Shown here one piece after another: positions 1-13,800 of a stretch of 64,000 bases of DNA (positions within the stretch are counted from its first letter, which is position 1; each line of letters begins with the position of its first letter). Origin of the DNA: Azolla caroliniana (Eukaryota; Plantae; Polypodiophyta); the NCBI GenBank assembly GCA_043228905.1, contig JBHGNT010000015.1, forward strand, positions 17,670,001 to 17,734,000, in the 5' to 3' direction. The position numbers and the translations under genes were made by a program. The notes beneath the pieces are model-generated. The model was not told the DNA's origin. It searched no databases and saw only the letters and a program-made list of their open reading frames with translations.

Positions 1-881
1 CATAGGGCAGTTCGGTGGTTGTTGTTGTGCCATTCTTGTACTATAACACTTGAGAATAATATAGTTACTATTTTGCCCCCATGTCTCTGTCTCTCATCTC
101 CTTCTCTGTTGATCTTGATCTATGTTAAGTCTCCTTTGATACTCTGTTCATTTTGTTTGCATCTCACATCAACTTGTTGAGTTCCTCTTTATCACGAGTG
201 TTGTTCACTTTTTGCATACTAACGACCTTGCTTTCAACAAATACCCCTCTAGAAGTATGAGATGAGGTTAAAGATCAAGTAATTATGGTAACACAAAGAT
301 GTTTTAAAAACCATGGGGGTGACAAATGAATGTCTTTCCTTGAATAGTTTATACACGAAAAAAGATTAACAATAAACTAAGTCTATGTGCCCACCCGTGT
401 GGTTTCGACTCTTTAAGTCCTATTATGAGGACCTTGAAGTGCACTTAGACCTAAAGTCTAAACATGTTTTATTGTCGTATGTATCAATAATGGTGTATGG
501 TCTTGGTCAAATTTGTGCTCAAAACTTCGAGAACAAAGCCATTAAACACCACCCATCTAGTTTCGGCTCCTTAAGTCCTATTACAATGAACCCAAATTGC
601 ATTTAGACCTAAAGTCTAAACATGTTTCATATGTTGAGAATCAAGCTCAACCTAGCCTAGTGTGTGAACACACCCTTGAGAGTGTATGAACACTCAAAGG
701 TCAAAAGTCACACCACTACTCTTTACACATTAACTATGTGTCATGTCATAGAATCATATTCTATGGCACATAACTAATGAGTTTCCACATTCCCCATGAC
801 TCATGAGCTTCGGTAGTTAATGAAGAGAGAGAATGACTATGTAAAGTACTCTCTCCTTTGTAATATACAATATATCTTGAG

Positions 882-922
<41 letters not shown>

Positions 923-1551
923 TCTCTAACCTATTCCGTTGCACAAGAATCACCATCGATTCTTTACATAGTTGTATGGTCTTGGTCACATTTGAACTCG
1001 AACGTTAAAGAATAAAGCCATTAAACATTTAAGCTAACCAAATGGCTTGCTCATATTGAATGTCTAATGTTTATGAGCATGAAAGATATGCAAAGGCATG
1101 TATCCATACATTGGTTTAAAAAGAAAACACATGTGTTATATGTTAGAGATCATTCTTAATGTAAGCATAAGCCAAGGGAATATAAGATAGATAGATAATA
1201 ATAATAAGAGAAAGATAGGTGCCAATCCACCCAACCACCCCTGATCGAAGGGATCGCGTCAGACTCAAGCCTTGATCGGCGTCCAATACCACTGCCATGT
1301 CATCAAGTCATACATGGGCCTCAACGTAGTCGAATGATGTGTCTAATAAGGGTAGTTATGCCTCATATTTATAGCCAAACCTAAGGCCCCTAGGCAAGTT
1401 CACACTTGCTCCTTATGAGTTGTCTCAATTCCTCAAATTAAAAGTAATCCTATCTTCTTTACACTCTCGATTAACCCTCACACTTTATCCTCATGTGTAG
1501 AATATAACATTACAACTTACCATGAGATAAATTATGGTCATGCCCGTAACA
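1..1551 (-). mobile_element. Degenerate 5' leader plus 5' LTR (1160-1551) of a Ty3/gypsy element, same family as the element at 58940-64000
   Basis: 239-327 is nearly identical to 63909-63996 (AATACCCCTCTAGA...CCATGGGGGTGACAAAT). 1160-1551 (TGTAAGC...GGTCATGCCCGTAACA) aligns with LTR 58940-59374. No TSD around the LTR, consistent with it being the 5' LTR of an element extending left. Confidence 0.75.
632..968 (+). mobile_element. Solo LTR of the Copia family seen at 28089-41897
   Basis: Starts TGTTGAGAATC, ends TCTTTACA and has an internal (CT)n tract, like LTRs 28089-28390 and 41579-41897. No clean TSD. Confidence 0.65.
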
Positions 1552-2299
1552 AATTACCTGCATTCGTAGATCTATCATTTGTGCCTAGTGGGATTTTATT
1601 GAGTTGATGGAAACATTAATGCTCAAAGGGGGGTTGTTGTTTGTCGAAGTAGGAGTAACATTAGGAGATAAATGATCTCTTGGATGTTTGGGTGAAGGAT
1701 ATCGATATATTTATTGATGAAGTTTGCCATAACCTTAAGCATACCTATGTTCATTGGTTTATTTTGACAAGGGTTGGGAAAGGTGGACAAATAAAAGAGT
1801 AACAATTAACCATTCACGCCATGGTCAACATCAAGAAAGAAAATAAAATATAAGAGATGTGTGGATGATAGATAGGTGTGTCACAAAATTCTTTGCTAGA
1901 ATGTTGGTCATCAAAAAGCATTGCAACATTTAGTGGTTGTGCACTAGGAGGCCCATTGAGGGGAGTCGTGACATCATAGAACGAGCCCCTTGATTCAAGG
2001 GGGTATTTCGTAGTTGTAGCCCACACCTTATCCCTATACACAATGGGGTACAAGAAAAGGTTCAAGTGTTGTTCAACTACAATCTTAAGTAAGAAGATCA
2101 TAATCAAGTGAGGAGGATCAAGTCGTGCAAGTTGAGATTTTAGCGATGAGGGGTTGTGGATAGGGCATCAAGCTCGTTAGTTGCCAAGACATGTTGCTCT
2201 ATCCTCAAAAATTCAAGGGGCATTTGGTTATGCGGGAAGACTATCAAGCCCCATGGTTTTCGAAATGACATTTGTAGATATTGTGGGTCGCGTTTCGTT

Positions 2300-2625
2300 T
2301 CAAAGTTTGGGAAGCATTTGCTCAAATTGTTGGGTATCTCTTGTAATCTCTCTTCCAACTATCATCCATAATCCCACCCTAGGCTTCAATCTCTATTTCA
2401 TATCTTGTTATTCCTCACCCACCTCTTGTTCAACTTGTTGATGGACCAAAATACAATGTTGAAGCCATTTTGGACTCCAAGTTCATGCATAACAAACTTT
2501 ATTACTTGGCGGATTGGTTAAGTTATATGCCCATTGATCAAACACAAAACCCACTGAGAATCTCGCTAATGCTCCATCTCGTGTAGAAGAATTTTATCAA
2601 CATTGTCCTAACAAGCCATGTCCCA
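2300..2625 (+). mobile_element. Degenerate chromovirus integrase C-terminus/chromodomain remnant
   Basis: Manual translation of ~2455-2620 gives VEAILDSKFMHNKLYYLADWLSY..(frameshift)..ENLANAPSRVEEFYQHCPNKP, a typical retrotransposon chromodomain. Confidence 0.65.
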
Positions 2626-3076
2626 ATTCATGTCTTCCATGCCTTGATCTAGTTGCCAAGACATTGACTTTCCTAAATACCCCTCTCACCATCGATAAAT
2701 ACCTATATACACTAAATTAGACATACATATTAAAACATGCACATTAACATTGATATACCTATACATGTTCATTCACATACCCTTGCACATTATTGCACAA
2801 CAATAGATGTATCAAATCGTTTAATTCCTGAAACATAAATATGTGCACATAATATTCACATAACCACCAACATACATTTGATTGACATACATACATAATA
2901 TATGTATGTATGAATGTTTGTTATATATATGTACCTACTTGCACCTTATAACAAACATTTAAACAAGCATTCCTACATATACACATATACATATGTATAT
3001 ACATGCCTATACTCAAGTGCACGCATACACAAGCACAAATTTACATTCCTTTCATAAACATATACCTTACATATCT

Positions 3077-3127
<51 letters not shown>

Positions 3128-5375
3128 CAACCATTATACAAATACATATATTTTAAGTACTATAAAATTTACTCTTCACAATTGCACATCCTCTTACGCA
3201 CACGAATTACGACAAAGTAAAAATACTCTTGGGGACCAAAGTTGACTACTCGAGTCCATTCCGCCCTCCCTAGTTCCTGTCTCGAGTGGTCCCTCTCACA
3301 TTTCACACGCACACATGTATCTTCACAACATTAGTTCTTGCAGCAAACATCTACATGCACCTTTTCTTTATATTTGTCATAAACATTATTGTTATATGGA
3401 ACAATGGTTTATCATGTTGCCATGTTGCTTTAATATATACATCACTATCACGGGAACAAATAAAAGAGAAATATAACCATCATCTTCATTATTCTTTCGT
3501 TGATAAGAGTGACCAAGGGAATAAACTCTAATCCATTGTGTTGCACGGGTAGAAAAACGAGTAATATTTGACAATTGTCCACAATGTTAGGGGCGAGAAG
3601 GATAACATTGCCCTTTAAAAGGCTTTTTCAGTATTTGTTGTCAACAATAATCTAATGTTCATGAATGCATGTACACAAAATAATTTGATATAATGTAAAC
3701 ATTTCATGGAAGTAAGCTCCGTGTTTGTACAGTTGTCAAAATGTATATTGAGAAGCTACATTGGTAGGCCTTTAAAATGGAATAGGATGACAAATGGCTA
3801 AAAATAATCTTTCTGTGTAATATGTATGGCATTATCAAGTTTTTGGCAAATTAAGTTATCTTACTAAAATTGTTTGTGGATTTATTATTATAGTTACTAA
3901 ATGTTCACAAAATTTCCACGAAATTGTCGTAATGATCGTCTTACCGAAGCTCCAAGAGAAAGAGAGATCCTAAGATCTTCTATTCTAGAGAACAATTGTG
4001 CAATTATCTTAAACATGGTTACATGAAACAATTGACAATGATGTAAAGATTCCGCGAAGGTAACCTTAACTTATAGAAAGTGCATGAGAAGGAATGTATT
4101 ACATGGTAAAATTCCACTAAATTGATAAACCTTTGAAGTTCAGATAGATTGATGATCGTTGCACTAATTGGTGTTTGTTTAAAGGATTGAATTTTCAAGC
4201 AAAGTGGTCCTATTAGATTTACACATAAAATTAGACGCCATAAAGAGTGTGACATTGTGTGCACACAAAAAGGAGATAAGGTGCGTGTCAAAATCACAAA
4301 AGTGGTTCTGTGAGGACAACAACTTATGAATGTGCCAATCGTAGTCAATTAAATGGAAGTGCATATGCCTTGATTCACTTTCATAGCCTTGACTTAAATG
4401 CACAAAAATTTGAATAATATGAAGGAAGTCTCAATTATGAACAATCATCCACCATCATTTCTTGAGCATTTGTTGTTTCTTTTATTGCCTCTACTATGGG
4501 GATTGTCAAATGTATATTTTGTGTTCGATTTGCCACTTCTAGGACTAATCAATGCCATGAAGATATCGTAGTCGATTGTGACAAGAGAAAGAAAAATCAT
4601 GTTATGTGGCCAAACTTTCATGCAATCCTCATATTCAATTTCTCACATACGATATGAGAATATTATTAACTAAAATATTTTCACTCATTGTTGTTTTGTC
4701 TATTGAGGAACACAATCGAATAACAATGGCCAATGATTCATTATCAATGAATGAATTCAAAAATCCTCCTAAGAAGCTTATTGGGTGAAGTATTTTTTAA
4801 TAAAGATAAAGACTTTGATTCTTTGGACTACATGGACTTCTATTCTAAAGTCAATGCGAGCATAATGCTAAGTGATATATAAAAATGCCCCTCACATCAA
4901 GAGTAATATCAAATTTGCCCTTGGTGTCAATTTTGCACTTGTAAATTTGTAATCTAGATAATTTAGTTTAGTGATAACCTATTGAAATCTATCCCTCTAT
5001 GTCACCTTCACACACTCTCTAGATTGAGAGAACCCAAGTACGATCCTTGCCATGGCGTAGGCTCCGTTTCATAAATCATAATTGGTCTTCCATGGATGTT
5101 AAAAATCTAATTATTGATTTATAAACTCATAGCTCTCTCTAATGTCATGACTTTCTGTCTTTCTCTAAGGGTTTAAGATCATGATTCGTTAACTCTAAAT
5201 CAAATTTGAGACTTGTGATTTTACAGAGAGGAAAATATGTCAATTGAAAGCGGTGTAGTGAATTGTGGCTTGAGAGAGCGAGACCATGTGGTCATGGGTT
5301 CAACCCCTACATTCCACAGTGGCATCTAGTGAATTAAGAGATATATAAGAAGTATATAATAGAGAGGTGAGGAAG

Positions 5376-5430
5376 TTGGGTTTCGAACCCACAACGCAGT
5401 GCTTGTAGTGCTAACAACTTACCACTAGGG
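5376..5430 (-). other. tRNA-like (SINE-head-like) fragment
   Basis: Minus strand reads CCCTAGTGGTAAG...GTGGGTTCGAAACCC, with A-box-like and B-box motifs at tRNA spacing. No complete cloverleaf. Confidence 0.35.
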
Positions 5431-8400
5431 TAAGGTAAGGTAACTACAAGAGAGAGAGAGAGAGAGAGAGAGAGTAAGTGAGTGAGTGAGTGTCGTGGAT
5501 CTAGAGAGAGAAAGAGGGTGAAACATGTAAGCTTGAGAGCAGAAGCATAGAGGATTTTTTTATTGAATATGATGGATTATGTTGAGCTACATTAATCACT
5601 TTGTCATTTCGGCCTCAATAGAATCAATATTTTCGACATGATTGAGGGTAGAATTGATGTCCGGAAACACGTCATTACCTCTTTGACATCAGTAGAATCG
5701 ATGCTTTCAACATCAAACATTATATCAATTGCATGAATAATTGTGAAGCACAAGCTTACCATTGCATGAATAATGTTTATGCATATAAATGTTGGAATAT
5801 AGATATTTGCAGGATATCTAAATGTCTCTTATGTTACATAAAGTGAAGTTGAGTTGTAGTTCTTACTGTTTTATTTGTGGCTTATGAGGAAATAAGAGAA
5901 GATGTCCAAGTTTTCCTTAAAAAATCTTTCTTTTGTTTGTATGCGTGACCTATATTGTCAATGATATCACATAAAGTTACTAAATGATATCTCCTCTCTC
6001 TGATTTCACATTTAGAACATGACATCCATACATACAATAAACTTTACAATTATTGTACTCATCCACCGAGGTGAGTAAAGAATGCCATTCAAATTCCCAA
6101 TGTCAGTATGAATAGAAATCCAAATTCAAAATGACAAGTTGTCTTTAGGTTCAAATACCTTTTTTCTTTCTTCGGGTTAGACATGGCATAAGCATGGAAG
6201 ATATTTTTGGAAGTTTTAAATAATGTTACCTTGATTGTTTTTGTTTTCATCAATGATGTCATCGTTTCTAATAATTTGAAATAGCACCCAGGGGCCATGA
6301 CCATGGACCTAGCGTTCTAACTCATTTTCAAATAATAAAACTTTGTTTTAGAACATGGATTATGGCTCGTCTTCCTTTGAACTAGTGCTTATACGAGTCA
6401 TGAAAGTGACATTCTATCATGTTTTATAACATAAAACTTGGTTTGTCATCCTTGACGCTAACAATATATTAAACGCAATACAAAATTCCTTCCCTTTTCT
6501 ATTACAATATGTTTTCACTTCGTCACGTGCATTTAGTATATGTGCATAATGAAAATGAAAGGAATATATGTGGTAATGACATATTGTTTGTTTGTCAATG
6601 AAAGGGAAATCTATGTGCATGATAAATTGGGTAAAAAGATAACCATACATATAACACAAACATGCATTGATAATGGTGTAATTATTTATTCAAGTGAATC
6701 ACATTGATGTTGGTTGATTGTGTAGACCAACATCTTGACTTTCATTTGGTGATATATAAACCTCATGTAGACCTTGTGATGCTTTCTACATTACATGATC
6801 TATTGTAGGATTTCATGTACATATTTAATATATGAAACTTTGGATTCCATTCTTATTTTTGATAGACAATTACAATCATAGTAAAGGAAACACAAAACCA
6901 TGCAAGTTCAATCCTCATATCCTATGTTTGTGTGCACGTTACATACGTAATGGTTACATATAATTTGGCACTTATGGTACCCACACATGTATTTATGATT
7001 CATAATTGCTATATCAAAAGTTGTGTAAGATTTAGAACAAGTGTCAAATGTAAATGTGAAAGATATTGTGTACAACACTATTACTTAGAATACAACCATG
7101 GTGAATTTGTACTTTGGCGCGCACAACAAAACGACACTAATTTGCCTCCCAATTATGAAATAATATATTCTCATTTCCTCCTCTTGTTCAAGTACTTCCC
7201 TAAGTTTCATACGTCATGGCTACATATTGACCCCATATGCCTTCATATCAATATATGATTGCAAATTGCAATGTTGGGAATCAGGACTATCTTATTCCTC
7301 GGATTACACATCATTAAATTGTTTTCTCCTAAGTAACAAGCATCGACAATAGTTAATGACACGTGGTTTTGTCTTCCCAAGGAGATGATGACTCATCAAC
7401 ATCATGCCATTTAACAAATGGGCTTACTATGAGAGCTAGAATGCGTTTATTTCTTGTGCAAATTTTAAACATGATACGACTCATGCGGTTGCGTATTTGA
7501 GCAAAAATGAACTTCATTCGCTACACCGAACATTTCCTCACTAAGACAATGTAAGACAAAGGGTTTTGAGGTTCATAATACCTTTTTGAAATTTACCAAC
7601 ATGGAAATTGTATGATGAACCTTATTAGATTAAGATACATATCCACCTTATAAGTTGCACCGTCAATTTGAATTTGAATTGGAAACAAACCCATAATAAT
7701 GAGACATATCATCTAAACCAAGATTGAGGGAAACCTTTGCATCAAGATTCATTGAGCACTTGCAAGCCTTCCCTTTCAATAAGAAACTTCCATAGGCTGA
7801 CAACGTCCGTAAATTGGAATGCAACAAATGCATATGACAACACTTTTGGAGATATATATGGACTTATTGTTGTTACGATCCCAATCTTCCCAAGTATATT
7901 GGTAAATTTATCCTTTGGTATCTACCAAAATGTTAATATCATAGCAAAAGCAATGAAGTTTTTGAGGGACATTTGAATAATGGTACACTTTGTGGGGTTT
8001 TCGATCACATTATCATTACACGTCACCCAATGGAGTCAAATCCAATATTTCACTGGAAATTTCCAAGTAAGGCAAAGACTGAAAGTGATAATAATGAGGT
8101 GTTTTTTGTGTGCATAAGCATGTCTTTCTCATCTATTATAAATATTAGTTTTTGTAACAAAAGTGGCGAACTTTTTTAGATTTCTAGCAAAACATGTGCC
8201 CAATTGCACACTTCTATGGGGACTTATCAAACAATTTCATCATTACATATCACCATCACCTAATCATATATGTATGGCTTAGCTGGATGGGGGTCCCATT
8301 ATCAGATGCAAAAATATTGATGCTTTTGATAAAAGCATCAATATTTTTGTGTGTGTGGAGAAACGCAAATGCAACACAATATATGTGATTCCAGCTCAAT

Positions 8401-9180
8401 AAAAGAGAGGTTATCCTAGCTTCGAAGGATTTATTTGTGGTCTATGTTTATGGGGGAGGGAGCCACTTGTAAAATAACAATAAATAAACAAAGCATTTAG
8501 GTAAGTAAATAAACATGTAGTGAGACTCCTTGACAAAAGTGGGGCGGGGGGAGGAGACTACATCCAGAGAAAGATAAACGAGAGAGCACGAGTCAGTCCA
8601 AATGTTTGCTTGTGTTTGTTCGGTCATAAATACATATGTAAACAATGAATCGCGGACGAAGAGGTGACAGAAGGCAAATATACAAGACATTCTCCTCTCA
8701 TATTTCAAGGTAATACTGAAGCACATATTCGCCAATAGAATCGTTGTCCTTGTGTGGTAGATTCATAACATGTGGTTGTAGATATTTTCCAAGATTGAAA
8801 TGAACCATTAAAATACCTATCAAATGTGTTTTTTTTTTCACTCTTTGTCTCTACCTTCAATATTTAAGAAGTTTCACCTTCTATCCATGTTAAATTTTGG
8901 GTCCATTTTTCTTGACATTTTCCAAGAAAACTACACAGAACTTATAACAAACACCCCCCACTTTCTCTCTTTGCATGGTATCACATCCTACCACTAAACT
9001 CTCCACTTTCGATCGCATTCAAGTTTTATTTTTCCATAATTTTCAACCCTTACCTATCATGACATGCATTTTGCACTCCCTCATAATGTGCACTCTCAAT
9101 GGCAGGAGTTCGTCACCAAAATTCTTGAACATCAAGTGCGACAAATCAACTCCTTCTATTGAGATATCACACAACATAAG

Positions 9181-9228
<48 letters not shown>

Positions 9229-9515
9229 AAAAGAAGAAGAAGTGTATTTAGGTTATTTGAAGTGGTCAATGGAACCAAAACAAAACGTAGGGTTTGCTTT
9301 GCATGTCTCATTAATGAAGATTAATAAGAAACCCTAATTAAACATACACATACACATACACATACACACTCATACACACATATGTATGTACATACAATAC
9401 ATACAAATTCCAATCAATCAATTAAAGATGGATGAATATGATTGAGAACGCCACGGAAGAAGAAAACGTATACATGGAAACAAATCAAATCAAATCAAAA
9501 GAATGCATATGCACA

Positions 9516-9546
<31 letters not shown>

Positions 9547-9651
9547 CATATACATATACTGTTATACATATATAGACAACTTGTTCGCTTACCCCGGGTA
9601 ACGAAAATTAAGAGAACCCGAAGAAGTGGGCGACTTTTTCGACTAGGGTGG

Positions 9652-9688
<37 letters not shown>

Positions 9689-10289
9689 GATATTATTGAT
9701 TTCCATGAACCAATGAAGTTTGCATAGACACATAAATAAGCAGATATGGGAAAGGAAAAAAAAGAAAACAAGGAATAAGAATAGATGATGAGCATTCATG
9801 AACATAGGCAATTCTGAGAAGCAATTAGGGAAGGGTTATTGGATTCTAGTACTTTCAAGCAAAAGCCTCCTCCTCCTCCTCCTCCTCTTCTTCTTCTTCT
9901 TCATTCATTCATTCTATACAAAACAAGTCATTTTTTTCTCTTCAATTTTGGCTCAATCACCATTTAACCCTAATATTAGCTAACCTATTTCCATATCTCT
10001 TAATTTGGGTCTCTCCCTTCCTTCATCATAATCTCTGTTTTGGTTTCCTTTTCCCCGAGAATCTAATCCAGTAATCAGATCCCTTCTACTCTGCCCTGTT
10101 TCTGCAACATCTATCTGTATTATATATGTACTTATATAATTTGGGTATTTGATAGCAGTAGCAGAACAGGGGTGATTGGTTTAAAAACATCTATTTTTTA
10201 TATATCTATTTATACATAATTTGGTTCTTCGATAGAAATTACTGCAGAACAGGACAGATTGTTTTTAAGAGAAAATAAAATAAAAATTT

Positions 10290-10835
10290 ATGGGCAAGAA
10301 TGGTGAGGAGAGTGTGGAGAGAAGGATGATAGGAAAATATGAGATGGGTCGTGTTCTCGGAGAAGGGTCCTTTGCAAAGGTAAGATTTGCAAGGAACATC
10401 GAGTCCGGTCAGAGTGTTGCCATCAAGGTCCTGGACAAGGACAAGATCGTCAAACAACACCTTGTTGACAGAGTATGCATCTCCTCTCTGCCTCTGCCTG
10501 ATCTCTTTGAATTTAACCTTATTTGATTCTTATAGGTGTCATTGTGGCTTTTCTCATGAAGACATTAATATCTCTCTCTCAATATATATGTTTGTTTGTG
10601 TGTGTGTGTAAAGGTATGCATGTGTGCATATGTATATGTATATTGTTAAGCAGTATCAAACTGTGTATTTGATACTCATACCCATACCCATCACGTTTCA
10701 ATGTCCTGCCCATACTCATGCCCACACCCATATGCAGTCACCAATACCTATGCCTATACACAAATGCGTACAAATGCATAGTTGCACATACATATATACA
10801 CATACACATACGTTTATGTGTGTATATCTGCATCC

Positions 10836-10866
<31 letters not shown>

Positions 10867-13800
10867 CGTATATATATCGCATTTTTATCGGATTTGCATT
10901 GTTTGATCCACACACCGTTGAAATACATAAATGCATATGTATGTGTCTGTCTGTGTTTATTTCAATGGTTTATCAGCAAAAAATGCAAACCTCAAGTTCA
11001 ATGCCAACCTTGCATAAAGCTTTTTTTGCTTTCATGTTAGATTGAATATTGCATTAACTATTAGATTGATAGCTTAAAGTTAATTTTGAAGCCCAAGGTT
11101 AAGGTTTCTACACAAACTTTGCATTCAGTCATGAAACTCTAAATTCATATATGGATCCTCAAAATGTTCTCATGAATTTAAAATTACTATTTAGATGTAG
11201 TTTTTATTGCAGTTTTATTGAGTTATATTGCCTCATTTGAAGTGTTTGATGTTGAATGAGGAGGAAGAAGAGTATTATTTATTTCTTTGTGAATGTTGGT
11301 AAGACCAAAATTATGATATTTAATACAACTCAGGCATGGATGGATAGGTTTCATCACCAATTCCCATAGGTCATATTTGACCTCTTGGGGACGATACTAA
11401 AAATATGGGTAGATTATTTAAAGTTATCTGTATATATAGGAGGCACATTCACTGGAACTCGTTTCTCCTCTAAAGAGGCAACCAAAGATAGACGCTCTCG
11501 AGCCTATGCAGCATTGGAAACACTTGAGAGATCATGGAATTTTATGTACAGTTCCTGCATCGTGCCTTGGTCACTTTTCACTATATTGATATATGGGATT
11601 ACTTGCCCCTATTCACTTCTTTGTAAACTGCATATGATTGTTCAATACATTGGTCACACATAGTCTCTACAATGCAAAGATTGACGAAACATTGAAAGGA
11701 CATAAGTCATGATGATCACCCACATGGTAATGTGCAAACCATCAGAACCACATGAGATAGCTAGAGCTGTGTAGGAGCAGCCCCAATAATTCTAGAGGCA
11801 CTTTTTCAAGCTGTGACTCATATACATAAACTCTGGGAACTACCTAGGCAATGCTGTCCATGGTTAGTTATTTTCTCATCTATACAACTAGCAGAGGAAA
11901 GTGAAACAGATTGCTGGTTGTCAGATATGAAAGATTGGTTCAAAGTACACATATTGATATGGATGCATTCCACGATTTGAGTATAGCCTTGTTGGTCCAT
12001 TTTTTGATCTACCAAGCTCAGAGAGAAATAAAGTAAATGAAATGTACACAAAAACAAACTTGGATCAATCCTTTCTTCAATATCTTTCTTTCTTCAGTTT
12101 TTCTCTCTAATAAACTGGGTTGAAATAACCAAAATGAGATGCTAGTTTTGAAAATCTAAACAACTAAACCTTTTCAGATACACTATTTTGTGTGTTTGTA
12201 CATGTATTATGTAAACATGCAAATATCTCAATATTTCTTATTGAATGCATACATATATGTATGTCTGTGTATGTGTGCATGTGAACACATATCATATATG
12301 CGTGTTTTTTCTTGGATGGGTGTTAGCTAAATATCTTTGGGCATGTTAATAGATCAAAAGAGAGATATCTACAATGAAGCTTGTAAGGCATCCCAACATT
12401 GTTCAATTATATGAGGTAAATTTACAATCCTCCTATTGAAGTAATTTGGTTCACATTGTCAATATATTTTGGGATGACATTGAACTTTATAACAGGTCAT
12501 GGCAAGCAAGTCAAAAATCTATTTTGTGCTAGAGTATGTAAGAGGTGGGGAGCTATTCAAGAAGATTGTGAGTGACCAAAATTTTACATTGTTACTATCT
12601 TCTTTCTAGACACAAACATATGCAAACTGGTTCTTACTCTCCTACATTCAAGTAGGCGTCAAAAGGAAAACTCAAAGAGGATGAAGCAAGAAAGTATTTC
12701 CAGCAACTTATAAGTGCTTTGGGTTATTGCCACAGTAGAGGTGTATGTCACAGAGATTTAAAGGTTGGTCTGATTTCTATTTACTATTATTATTATTATA
12801 ACTAACCCCTTTGATAATTTATCTAACTGTTCCTACTGGACCACATAGTCTATTCCATAGTCAGCATGGTGTAGAAATTGCATGACGTATTTTCTTCAAG
12901 GAAATGAAGTCATTAGGGAGATGTTGATGGAATATTAACATCCACGGGAGCCAACATGACCCATGGAACTAAAAAACATTACAAAGCAAGGGAAACAAAA
13001 AGAGAACAAAGCAATCCATGTAGGTGGGGAGAACAAAAAGGGAAAGAAAAACCTTAAATAAAAAACTAGGCTTCTTGCCAAAATTCACTGTTTTGATCGT
13101 GGATGAGTTCATATTTCTGATCGAGTAAACGAGCAAAGAGCATGCCTGAGTTGTTGGTGCTGGTTCCGTCCATGTGAAGAGTTCTTAAAAGCTAGTATAA
13201 CCTTGTAGGAATTCCTGAAAATAATGCCCAATGTCCTCATTACGTGAGGCAATCCAAGGTGACATGTTCATCTGTTTTTAATATGTTGAGGCAACGCAGG
13301 TCTCACGTTCTCTTTTATAGTCAGAAACCTCTAATTTCCGTTTTTGATGTGTGTGAGCATATGCACATCATTGCCATGGCACATCTTGGTGTGCTGGACA
13401 TGGGTGTCCAGATGTTTACACAAAGCCTTGTATCTGCGTTAAGAAAAATGTTAATCATGAGTCTTTTGTTCTCCTTGTATAATTCTCCACATATATCAAG
13501 AACATTGGTAGGAGAAATTAGGACACCAAACCATTGATGAATACTTTTTGTTCAGACATGGGGATTGAACTTATCTCCTGGAAAACCATCCTGTTCATGA
13601 ATAGAAATCTCATTTTTGTTGTCAATATTGAATTACCAGCTAATTATTTTACTTATTCTTGGATATTTATTGATACGTTTGTCATTCAATTGTACTATTG
13701 GACCATATAACGTTTAATTCGAGTTGTATTTATGTTTTGGCTCATTTTTTGTGAATCTAACCACAATGTAATAAGTATTAACTCTTCAATAGTGATTAAA

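Noticed and set aside
3530-3562. Helitron-like 3' end (TTGCACGGGTAGAAAAACGAG)
   Set aside because: The hairpin and CTAG terminus are both imperfect, and no matching 5' end or Rep/helicase could be supported.
3600-8800. Short ORFs and possible decayed transposase sequence in an AT-rich region
   Set aside because: No recognisable motif or exon chain, so it cannot be assigned without a search.
9442-11045. ORFs rich in HT/CV/YI/ER dipeptides (many similar ones elsewhere)
   Set aside because: These are translations of microsatellites in the promoter and intron, not genes.
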